From Bryobacterales bacterium (GTDB lineage Bacteria > Acidobacteriota > Terriglobia > Bryobacterales > Bryobacteraceae): a stretch of DNA of 64,000 bases. Positions within the stretch are counted from its first letter, which is position 1, and each line of letters starts with the position of its first letter. This document shows, one piece after another, positions 55,835 to 64,000 of this stretch. Below the pieces are notes generated by a model that saw only the letters and a list, made by a program, of their open reading frames with translations, was not told the DNA's origin and ran no database searches. A program made the position numbers and the translations under genes. Where the stretch lies: NCBI GenBank assembly GCA_020846745.1, contig JADLDI010000048.1, positions 3-64,002 of the forward strand, given 5' to 3'.

Positions 55835-55944
55835 GGCTGCTCAATTACTAGAAGCGGCGTTTTCCAGCCCAAGACACCACGGCTTCGAAAACTTTTCTTG
55901 TTATCATGAGTGGCAAATAGGGGCTCCCTTCAACGGGAAAAGGC

Positions 55945-56541
55945 ATGCAGGAGGCAGGCGACATCACGGGATTGCTGGCGGGTTGGCGCAATGCGGACCC
56001 GGCGACCGTGGATCGCGTCTTTCCGGCGATTCGCGCGGAATTGTATCGGCTGGCCCGGCGCCATCTCGCGCGCGAGCGTAACCACCACGCCATCCAACCT
56101 TCCTCCCTGGTCCAGGAGGCGTTCGTACGTCTTATTCCGGGCGTTGAGGCCGGATGGCGCGATCGCGTGCATTTCTTCGCTGTGGCTTCGCAGATCATGC
56201 GTCACGTGCTGGTCGATTACGCGCGCGAACAGCATCGCGTCAAACGCGGAGCGGGCGCCGTTCACATTCCGATAGACGCTGCTGTGGTGCTCTCTTCCGA
56301 GCAGGTAGAAGAGATCGTGGCTGTTGATCTCGCGCTGCAACGTCTCGCAGAAATCGACGAGCGAAAGAGCAAGGTCTTCGAGATGCGTTTTTTCGGCGGC
56401 TTGGGCGCTGAGGAAGCAGCCGAAGCGTTGGGAGTAGCGCCAAACACGGTCATCCGGGATTGGAAATTTGCTTGCGCATGGCTGCGCCGCGAACTGAGCG
56501 GCTCTGGGATGTCAGACAGTGGAACGATGGCAACAGATTGA
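55945..56541 (+). CDS. ECF-type RNA polymerase sigma factor (TIGR02999-like)
   Basis: DITGLLAGWRNADPATVDRVFPAIRAELYRLARRHL, LVQEAFVRL, and the region-4 HTH AEEAAEALGVAPNTVIRDW. It overlaps the downstream kinase gene. Confidence 0.9.
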   Translation: MQEAGDITGLLAGWRNADPATVDRVFPAIRAELYRLARRHLARERNHHAIQPSSLVQEAFVRLIPGVEAGWRDRVHFFAVASQIMRHVLVDYAREQHRVKRGAGAVHIPIDAAVVLSSEQVEEIVAVDLALQRLAEIDERKSKVFEMRFFGGLGAEEAAEALGVAPNTVIRDWKFACAWLRRELSGSGMSDSGTMATD

Positions 56542-59401
56542 GGAGATCTTTCATCAGGCGTTGCAACACGATCCCGCCCAGCGCGAAGCGTATTTGCGCC
56601 ACGCCTGCGGCCCGGATGGAGTTCTACGCGACGAAATCGCCGGTCTGCTCGCGCATCATGAACAAAGCGCCGGGTTCGAGCCGTGGGCTGCGGCGGCAGC
56701 GGCGCAATTGATCGGCTCATCCTCTTCACTTCGTCCGGGTCAATTCTTGGGTCCGTATCGGATCGAATCGTTCATTGCTGCGGGAGGCATGGGCGAAGTC
56801 TACCGGGGTACGGACACACGCCTCAATCGAGAAGTCGCAATCAAAGTGTGCGGCGGACGATTCAGTGATCGCTTCGAGCGCGAAGCGCGAGTCGTCGCCT
56901 CTATGAATCATCCCAACATCTGCCACTTGTACGATGTTGGCCCCGACTATCTCGTGATGGAACTCGTCGCAGGACCCACACTGGCTGACCGGATTGCGCA
57001 AGGCGCTCTGCCACTTCAGGAAGTCTTGCCCATCGCGCGTCAGATTGCTGAGGGGGTCGAGTCCGCACATGAAAAAGGAAGCATACATCGCGATCTCAAA
57101 CCGGCGAATATCAAGATCACTCCAGACGGCGTGGTCAAATTGCTGGATTTCGGGCTGGCGAAAGCGGGGGACGAAACCGCCGCTTCTGACGATTTCGCCG
57201 GCTCACGGAATGTGCCGATATCCGCCCCCAGTTCCGGCATAGTTGTGGGCACAGCGTCGTACATGAGTCCGGAACAAGCCACCGGCAAGCCCGTGGACAA
57301 ACGCTCGGACATTTGGTCTTTCGGCATCGTGCTCTACGAAATGCTCACAGGCCGGCGTGCATACGAAGCCGGGGATATGTTGGCCACCCGCGCCGCAGTG
57401 CTGACGCGCGACGTGGACTGGAAAGCGCTGCCGGCGGATGTGCCGCCGAGACTCATCGCCCTGTTGCGCGACTGCCTCGTGCGCGATCCCAAGCAGCGAC
57501 TCCGCGATATCGGCGACGCACGCCGAGTGCTCGATCAGATCATCGCGGGAGCGCCAGATCCGGTAGCAGCGATCTCATCAGAGCACCCGCACGCACGGCG
57601 CTGGGGTGTTCGAGTGCTGCCGTGGAGCGTGGCGGCCATTGCGCTCGCGGTCGCCGCGGTGCTTACATTCGTTCACTTCCAGAAGAGGCCCTCGACACGG
57701 CCACGCGTTCAATTTCAGGTACATGCTCCGGAAGGAACTTCGATCGTGGCCTTTGCTCTCTCCCCGGACGGGCGGCACCTCGCGTTCTCGACCGGCGACC
57801 CCTACAGTGGCGTGCAAGGCGCTACCAGTAAACTGTGGCTCCGCCCGATTGATTCGACGGAAGCGCGCGCGCTGCCGGGCACCGAAGGAGTCAGCGTTCT
57901 GCCGGACGAGTTCTTTTGGTCCCCCGACAGCGAGTTCATCGGCTTCGTCACTCAGGACGCGAAACTGAAGAAAATTTCCGTCAACGGCGGTCCCCCGCAG
58001 ATACTCTCCGACGTGACGCCAATGGCGTCTGGCACTTGGGGCAAGGACGGAACCATCCTGGTCGTCCGCGGTCCGGGCGCGCCAATCCAACGTGTCCCGG
58101 AGACCGGCGGCGTGCTGGTCAACGTGACCAAGACAGATGGACATCCGCTGTTCCAGCCGCAGTTCCTCCCGGACGGGCGTCACTTTCTCTACTACATGAA
58201 CAGAGTCAGCCCTGAGGCCGACGGCGTGTATGTAGCGTCGCTGGAAGGCAACGCGCCGGCCAGGCGGCTTCTGCCCGACAGGACGGTCGCGAAGTTTATC
58301 CCTTCCGGGGCGTCGAGCCGAAGCGGATACCTGCTGTTCGTCCGTGAATCGACGTTGATGGCTCAGCCATTCGATCTGGACACGGTCGCATTAACCGGTC
58401 GGATGTTTCCTCTCGCTCAATCGGTCGGTCGTTTCTCCGTTTCGCAGAACGGTGCGCTCGCCTGGATGGCGGGCAGCCCGATGTCCCGTCGGGAGCTTCT
58501 GTGGGCCGATCGCAGCGGCAGACAACTCGAGGTTGCGGCTGCGGCGGCAGACTACCGCTCCGTGCGCTTGTCCCTGGACCAGAGGAGCATTGCGTTCGAT
58601 CGGAACGAGCAGGGGAATAGCGATGTTTGGGTCACTGATCTGGCGCGGAGCGTGGTCTCCCGCATTACCTCTGATCCCGCTCCGGACCGTCTTCCCATCT
58701 GGTCTCCGGATGGACTTCGGATTCTCTGGGCGCGCCGGATTCTCTCGTCGGGGCCCAGCGGCAACATGGACCTGTTCATCAAAGCCGCGAGTGGGACGGG
58801 CGAGGATGAAAAGCTCATCACGACCGGCGCCACTTTTGCCTTTCCAAACGATTGGTCACGCGACGGCAAGTTCGTCCTGTATCAGCTGCTGGCAGACAAG
58901 ACCGGGTTTGACCTCTGGATATCGCCGCAAAGCGCGGGCGCCGCGGGGGAACCAACGAAGCCTTTTCCTTACCTCGCTTCTCTCTTCAACGAGAGCTACG
59001 GGGTGTTCTCGCCGGATGGGCATTGGATCGCGTACGAGTCAGACGAGTCCGGCCGGCCAGAAGTTTACGTGCAGGGGTTTCCGCCGACGAATCAGAAGGT
59101 GAGGATTTCCGTGGGCGGAGGTACCGATGCGGCATGGAGCAGGAACGGCGAGCTGTTCTATCTCGCGGCGGATCGAAATTTAACGGCCGTGCCGTACCGT
59201 GCGACAGCGGCGACCTTCAAGCCTGGCGCGGCCAAAGTGTTGTTTCCAGTTCCGGGTACCGGCCGACATCGCAGCTATGCCGTGAGCGGTGATGGCAATC
59301 GTTTCCTCATCGGGAAGCCCGTCGATGAAAGCAGTGGTGAGCCAATAACGTGGGTCCTCAATTGGCTCGACGAACCGACACAGCGTGTACAGTCGAAATA
59401 G
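56519..59401 (+). CDS. Ser/Thr protein kinase with TM segment and TolB/PD40-like beta-propeller
   Basis: GMGEVYRG..VAIKV, HRDLKPANI, DFGLAK, GTASYMSPEQ. A TM follows, then repeated SPDG...F PD40-like blades. GTG start. Confidence 0.9.
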   Translation: MERWQQIEEIFHQALQHDPAQREAYLRHACGPDGVLRDEIAGLLAHHEQSAGFEPWAAAAAAQLIGSSSSLRPGQFLGPYRIESFIAAGGMGEVYRGTDTRLNREVAIKVCGGRFSDRFEREARVVASMNHPNICHLYDVGPDYLVMELVAGPTLADRIAQGALPLQEVLPIARQIAEGVESAHEKGSIHRDLKPANIKITPDGVVKLLDFGLAKAGDETAASDDFAGSRNVPISAPSSGIVVGTASYMSPEQATGKPVDKRSDIWSFGIVLYEMLTGRRAYEAGDMLATRAAVLTRDVDWKALPADVPPRLIALLRDCLVRDPKQRLRDIGDARRVLDQIIAGAPDPVAAISSEHPHARRWGVRVLPWSVAAIALAVAAVLTFVHFQKRPSTRPRVQFQVHAPEGTSIVAFALSPDGRHLAFSTGDPYSGVQGATSKLWLRPIDSTEARALPGTEGVSVLPDEFFWSPDSEFIGFVTQDAKLKKISVNGGPPQILSDVTPMASGTWGKDGTILVVRGPGAPIQRVPETGGVLVNVTKTDGHPLFQPQFLPDGRHFLYYMNRVSPEADGVYVASLEGNAPARRLLPDRTVAKFIPSGASSRSGYLLFVRESTLMAQPFDLDTVALTGRMFPLAQSVGRFSVSQNGALAWMAGSPMSRRELLWADRSGRQLEVAAAAADYRSVRLSLDQRSIAFDRNEQGNSDVWVTDLARSVVSRITSDPAPDRLPIWSPDGLRILWARRILSSGPSGNMDLFIKAASGTGEDEKLITTGATFAFPNDWSRDGKFVLYQLLADKTGFDLWISPQSAGAAGEPTKPFPYLASLFNESYGVFSPDGHWIAYESDESGRPEVYVQGFPPTNQKVRISVGGGTDAAWSRNGELFYLAADRNLTAVPYRATAATFKPGAAKVLFPVPGTGRHRSYAVSGDGNRFLIGKPVDESSGEPITWVLNWLDEPTQRVQSK

Positions 59402-60024
59402 CGTTTCGCACCACTATGGCCGTCAGGGAAAGCCTGCTGGCGTGAACCCTGGTGGTGAGACGTGGCCGGCAGGGACGGCCGGCAGGGACACCAGTCCCAC
59501 CTGCGAAATCATTGGCAGTTTTCGAGCTTCGCCTTCTCGGAACTCGTCTGCCATTCTTCGATAGACCCTCCCCCAGGCAGCGCCCCTAATTTCTTGCTAT
59601 CTCCTTGCAAGTAAAAGACATATGCATCGCGCCGGCGATCCTCCGGAATTTTGCTCTATTCCGCTGTTTTCGCGTGATTCGACGAACCGACTTGTCCCCA
59701 ACTCGCCACCAACTCCAAACACGACCAGAACTTTATCCCCACCATCCGCGTTTACTCGCGTTTATCAGCGGCCCAATTCAGTTTCCGCTCGCCAGCCGCT
59801 ATGCCGCACCGTCCCGCCCAGTCCGCGCCCCCCAGAATTCCTCTTTGCGAACTTAGCGCCTTTGCGAGCCATTCGGAGCTCTGAAAGCCGCCTACCCCAA
59901 GGCGCAATGCACATCAATCGGCCACAAAACCCGTTTAGCTAACAGCTAACAGCCAACAGCTAACAGCACCTATCGGCTATTCGCCCATTTTTCGCCTCAC
60001 CCGAAAAAGTTCGTTCACAAACAA

Positions 60025-60537
60025 TTGAAATTTATTTTTGCCCTCATTTCAAAGCTTTGCGGAAAACCTCAGGGGGGCAAAAGAGATTCCCACGCTAATA
60101 TCGCGCACGGAAGGGCTCTTATGGCCATCAACGCGGAACAACACGTAACGAATAACGGCGGCGGCACGAACAGCGAACAACAACAGCAACCGCAAACCCG
60201 CAAACGCTTCCTCCAAATCCGCCCCAACGTCCCGCTCCCGTTCCTCTCCTCCCTCTTCCCATGCCTCCGCCACCGTGCCGACACCGCAACTCCTGCCACC
60301 CCTCCGCCTGCTGCTCCAACGCCGTCCGATCCTCCTGCCCCCGCCGAGACTCCAGTTGCTCCCGCACCCATCCAACCCACCCCGAACTCCAACGACGTCC
60401 TGATGTCTGTCGAGGACTTCGCGCGCTTTGTCGATGCCGCAGAGGACCTCTTCAAACCCGTCCCCCAACTCTGGCATGGCTTCCTCCGCCTTCTCGAATC
60501 CTTCCTGCCGCCCTCTCCAGCGGCGGCGGAGGGCTGA
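60025..60537 (+). CDS. hypothetical Pro-rich protein
   Basis: ORF only. It lies in a repeat-rich intergenic-like region, and the start is uncertain. Confidence 0.3.
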   Translation: MKFIFALISKLCGKPQGGKRDSHANIAHGRALMAINAEQHVTNNGGGTNSEQQQQPQTRKRFLQIRPNVPLPFLSSLFPCLRHRADTATPATPPPAAPTPSDPPAPAETPVAPAPIQPTPNSNDVLMSVEDFARFVDAAEDLFKPVPQLWHGFLRLLESFLPPSPAAAEG

Positions 60538-60843
60538 CCCTAAATGACTTCTCTACTCACCAAACACCGCGACATATTGCCAAGTACACCCCCGGCATCT
60601 GGAACCAGTTCCTGCAGATCACCAGCGACTTCATTGCCGCCCACAACCCCTCCTCCAACCAGCCCAACCCATCCCCCGCCTGAACAACCCGGCGCGGCGG
60701 CAGGAAAAACCGGCCGATGAAAAAAATACGGAAAACGAACCCGGCTAAGTCGTTGAAAATATGCAAAACCCGCAGCCACCGGCTAGAAGCTGATACTGGA
60801 CGGCTGCTAGCCATCGAGTTCAACAAGCAACAGAACCGCAACT

Positions 60844-61440
60844 GTGAAGGCGCGGACCTCGAAGGAGGAAGTTATGACGACTGAGAGAACAATGACGACT
60901 GAGAGAAAGAAAGAAACCGCCCGTGCCAACGGCGCCAAATCCCGCGGACCTGTCACGTCCAAAGGCAAAGCCCGCTCTTCCATGAATGCCACCACGCACG
61001 GCCTCACCGCCGAAACCGTGGTTCTGTCCGGTGAATCCGAGCAGCGGTTTCACGCGCTCCTGGAATCGATGCTCGAAGCCTATGCGCCATCCAGCAATTA
61101 CGAGGTCTCTCTGGTCGAGAAAATGGCCGCCCTCAACTGGCAACAGGATCGTCTCCTCGGCATCGATACCACGACCCTCGCCGTCCAGATGGAAGTCATG
61201 GCGCCTGCACTTGAAGCGGAACTGGAACATCTCTCCCCTCCCGCCCGCATTGCGCTCGCCTACCGCGACCTCTCCGACCACTCCCGCGTCCTCTCTAACC
61301 TCGACCGCCACGCCTCCCGCATCCGCCGCCAGTTCAACCAACTCCGCACCGAGCTTCTAGCGCTCCATACGGCGCGCAAACCACCCCAAACAGAACCCGG
61401 AGTGTCAACGACGGGTTGCACAACCAACCCGTCGTTGTGA
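60844..61440 (+). CDS. conserved hypothetical protein (NGAKSRGP..KGK..S..NA..HGL family), 3' end apparently replaced by the IS21 terminus
   Basis: ANGAKSRGPVTSKGKARSSMNATTHGLTAE and C-terminal LDRHASRIRRQFNQLRTELLALH fit a pattern I recognise from small hypotheticals of Acidobacteria and Planctomycetes. The last ~13 codons coincide with the IS21 terminal repeat region. Confidence 0.55.
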   Translation: MKARTSKEEVMTTERTMTTERKKETARANGAKSRGPVTSKGKARSSMNATTHGLTAETVVLSGESEQRFHALLESMLEAYAPSSNYEVSLVEKMAALNWQQDRLLGIDTTTLAVQMEVMAPALEAELEHLSPPARIALAYRDLSDHSRVLSNLDRHASRIRRQFNQLRTELLALHTARKPPQTEPGVSTTGCTTNPSL

Positions 61441-61539
61441 TCGGCGACAATTAGATTTCCCGGTCAACGACAATTAAAATTCCCTACTAACGACAACCAT
61501 CAACGACCATCTAGGTTCGCGCCGGAAGACGCGGACAAG

Positions 61540-63033
61540 ATGGTGACCGACGTACAAGTCAGGAGGTTGAAAAGGTTGTCGAAGATGGAATCCACCCAGG
61601 AGTTAGCCGCCGCAAAGGCGGGCATGGACGTGAAGACCGCGCGGAAGTATCTGGCCGACGGTCGGATGCCGAGTGAGAGCCGGCCGGAGAGAGACTGGCG
61701 AACCCGCGAGGACGCCTTCAAGGAGTTTTGGCCACAGATCCGCGAGCAGATCGGGATGAATCCCGGCCTTGAGGCCAAAACGATATTCGAGGCGTTGCAA
61801 CGTGAGCACCCCGGCCGGTTCGCCGATGGTCAGTTGCGAACGCTGCAGCGGCGCATCAAGTGCTGGCGTGCGACCGAAGGCCCGGGTCGCGAAGTGTTCT
61901 TTACCCAGCAGCATGTCGCCGGCCGGTTGGGCCAGTCCGACTTTACGCGCATGAATGAACTCAACATCACGATCGGCGGGCAGAGCTTTTCGCACATGCT
62001 GTACCACTTCGTGCTGACCTATTCGAACTGGGAACACGTTACGCTTTGCTTTTCCGAAAGCTTCGAGAGTCTCAGCGAAGGCCTGCAGAACGCCCTCTGG
62101 GAACTCGGCGGCTCGCCGGCGGAGCATCGCACCGACCGCCTGTCGACGGCAGTCAACAACATGACCGATGAGAAAGAGTTCACGCGGCGTTACGGAGCTT
62201 TGCTGGGGCACTACCGCATGGAGGGCCAGAAGATTCAAGCCGGTAAGGCCAACGAGAACGGTGACGTCGAACAACGGCATTACCGCTTCAAGCGCGCGGT
62301 CGATCAGGCGTTGCTGCTGCGCGGCAGTCGGGACTTCGCCTCCAGCGAAGACTATATGCGTTTCCTCCGATTGCTGCTGGCTCAACTCAACGCTGGACGC
62401 AAAGATCGTCTGAAGACCGAAATGCAGTATTTACGGGCATTGCCCGAGCGGCGGCTGGAGAGCTTTAAACGGGTCGATGCGCGAGTGGACTCCGGCAGCC
62501 TGATCTATGTAGACCGCAACGTGTACTCGGTGAACAGCCGTTTAATCGGAGAAGAGGTCCAGGCTCGGCTTTCCGCCGACACGGTCGAGGTCTGGTACGC
62601 CGGTCAGAAGGTAGAACAGATGCCGCGGCTGCGCGGGCGCGGAAAGCACCGCGTCGACTACCGGCACATCATCGACTGGCTGGTGCGCAAGCCGGGCGCC
62701 TTCGACAACTATCGCTATCGCGAAGACCTGTTTCCCACTAGCCGGTTCCGCATAGCGTGGGACGCGTTGCGCGAACTGATTCCAACTAAGGCCAATCGAC
62801 GTTATCTGGAGATTCTGCAACTGGCCGCAACAGAAGGCGAGGCGCGTGTGGACGCAGTGTTGCGGCACGTGCTCGAACAGGGTGAGATTGGTGAAGGGAA
62901 GCTAAGCATCAAAGTCTTGGAGGAATTGCTGGTTGCGGATTCGGTGTTGCCGGTGACCGACGTCGCAGTGGCCGAGATCGCGCTGGCCAGTTTTGACGAG
63001 TTACTGGGCGGCTCTGGCGAGGTTCGGCAATGA
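61540..63033 (+). CDS. istA: IS21-family transposase IstA
   Basis: N-terminal HTH, GQSDFT...LYHFVLTYSNWEHV, and the HRTDRLSTA / ANENGDVEQ DDE-region pattern. Confidence 0.95.
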   Translation: MVTDVQVRRLKRLSKMESTQELAAAKAGMDVKTARKYLADGRMPSESRPERDWRTREDAFKEFWPQIREQIGMNPGLEAKTIFEALQREHPGRFADGQLRTLQRRIKCWRATEGPGREVFFTQQHVAGRLGQSDFTRMNELNITIGGQSFSHMLYHFVLTYSNWEHVTLCFSESFESLSEGLQNALWELGGSPAEHRTDRLSTAVNNMTDEKEFTRRYGALLGHYRMEGQKIQAGKANENGDVEQRHYRFKRAVDQALLLRGSRDFASSEDYMRFLRLLLAQLNAGRKDRLKTEMQYLRALPERRLESFKRVDARVDSGSLIYVDRNVYSVNSRLIGEEVQARLSADTVEVWYAGQKVEQMPRLRGRGKHRVDYRHIIDWLVRKPGAFDNYRYREDLFPTSRFRIAWDALRELIPTKANRRYLEILQLAATEGEARVDAVLRHVLEQGEIGEGKLSIKVLEELLVADSVLPVTDVAVAEIALASFDELLGGSGEVRQ

Positions 63034-63794
63034 GTGCTGCACGCGATGTCAAGCAAGCGCTCAACGGGTACCTCGGAGAACTCTACTTGCCGGCGATCCG
63101 CGAGTGCTTTGAAGATAAAGCGCGCCAGGCGGAACGGGAGACGCTCAGCTACGAGCCGTATCTGCTGGAGTTAGTAGAGCGGGAATGCCAGCAGCGGCGT
63201 GAGAATCGCATAGAACGGTTGCTGCGCGCGTCCAAGCTGCCTTTAGAGAAGACTCTCGAAAGCTTCGACCTGAAACGACTGCCCACGAAGGCCGCCCGAC
63301 AAGCCAAAGCACTGCTGGATGGCACCTTTCTGGACCGCAAGGAGAACGTGCTGGCCTTTGGCAATCCGGGCAGCGGAAAGACGCACTTACTCTCGGCGGT
63401 CGGGCAGGAACTGATCCGCTTGGGGCGGCGGGTGGCCTTCGCCACCTGTGTCCGGCTTGTCCAGGATCTTCTGCGAGCCAAGAAAGAACTATCTCTGAGC
63501 CGGGCCATCAAGAAGCTGGCCTACTACGAGGCGCTCGTGATCGACGACATTGGCTACGTGCAGCAAAGCCGCGAGGAGATGGAGGTGTTATTTACACTGC
63601 TGGCCGAGCGTTACGAACGTGGCAGCGTGCTCATCACTTCCAACCTTCCGTTCTCCAAGTGGGAAAACATCTTCAAGGACCCGATGACCACGGCCTCGGC
63701 CATCGACCGGCTGGTGCACCATAGCGTGATCCTCGAACTCAACATCTCGAGCTTCCGCATGGAGCAAGCCAAGCAGCGGAAGGCTGAAGAGTAA
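63030..63794 (+). CDS. istB: IS21-family helper ATPase IstB
   Basis: Walker A GNPGSGKTHL, Walker B LVIDDIGY, and ITSNLPFSKW. Confidence 0.95.
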   Translation: MSAARDVKQALNGYLGELYLPAIRECFEDKARQAERETLSYEPYLLELVERECQQRRENRIERLLRASKLPLEKTLESFDLKRLPTKAARQAKALLDGTFLDRKENVLAFGNPGSGKTHLLSAVGQELIRLGRRVAFATCVRLVQDLLRAKKELSLSRAIKKLAYYEALVIDDIGYVQQSREEMEVLFTLLAERYERGSVLITSNLPFSKWENIFKDPMTTASAIDRLVHHSVILELNISSFRMEQAKQRKAEE

Positions 63795-64000
63795 TGACGG
63801 CTCCCCGCTCAAAAAGGAAATGGTCATTTCTTGATCTGGAGGCTCTGCCTCCAGACCTCCGGGATTTAACGCTTTCATGCCATCCCAGGCTCTCAAGGCG
63901 AACGCCAGGGGCGGATTCGCTCCGCCCCAAGCCTGGTCTAGCCCCGGAGTCAGCGCTCAGGTTGCATCCCTGCAGAGCCTTATCCTCTGCTCCGGTCCTG

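Larger units (their letters stand above)
61402..64000 (+). mobile_element. IS21-family insertion sequence (right end not seen within the window)
   Basis: istA + istB with a 4-nt overlap. The left terminus begins TGTCAACGACGGG and carries reiterated CAACGAC / GACAATTA(G/A)A(T/A)TTCCC subterminal repeats at 61402-61512, as in IS21 multi-repeat ends. Confidence 0.8.

Overview
GC-rich bacterial chromosomal segment. It is most likely Acidobacteriota of the Solibacter/Bryobacter type. This is an inference from two secreted proteins ending in the Solibacter-type C-terminal domain (TIGR03437-like), an ECF-sigma/Ser-Thr-kinase pair, and NHL/FG-GAP secreted proteins. The most unusual part is the left 15 kb. 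One minus-strand gene string reads tssK-tssL-tssM (type VI secretion baseplate and membrane-complex genes), then after a 203-nt spacer a compact type III-A-like CRISPR effector operon, cas10-csm2-csm3-csm4-csm5. The Cas10 is only 551 aa: no HD domain, no zinc-finger cysteines, and GEDD where GGDD is expected. Cas10 carries an acidic disordered tail and Cas11 (Csm2) an RG/RGG-rich disordered head. No cas6, cas1/cas2, CARF effector or canonical CRISPR array is visible in the 64 kb. A ~122-bp tandem repeat array (about 5.7 copies) sits where an array would be expected, just past csm5. Divergent from tssK is a 911-aa tail-anchored protein with about 17 copies of a GEFTRMF motif, encoded by near-identical DNA repeats. 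The middle of the window (18-49 kb) is mostly ordinary housekeeping and envelope genes: hfq-hflX-pgsA, TerC, PspC, an M16 peptidase pair, glycosyltransferases, a beta-CASP MBL nuclease and a TLC-type transporter. It also holds a RAYT (REP-associated tyrosine transposase) flanked by inverted GGCCTGTCCCCG REP pairs, and an Omp85-like barrel coupled to a secreted kinase-like protein. The right part (49-64 kb) is accessory and decaying. It contains a HigB/HigA-like TA pair, a TacA-like antitoxin fragment, a frameshifted group II intron RT truncated by an IS481-like transposase fragment, a serine-hydrolase pseudogene, and an IS21 element (istA/istB) running to the window edge. All functional calls come from motif recognition by eye in the supplied translations; no searches were run.
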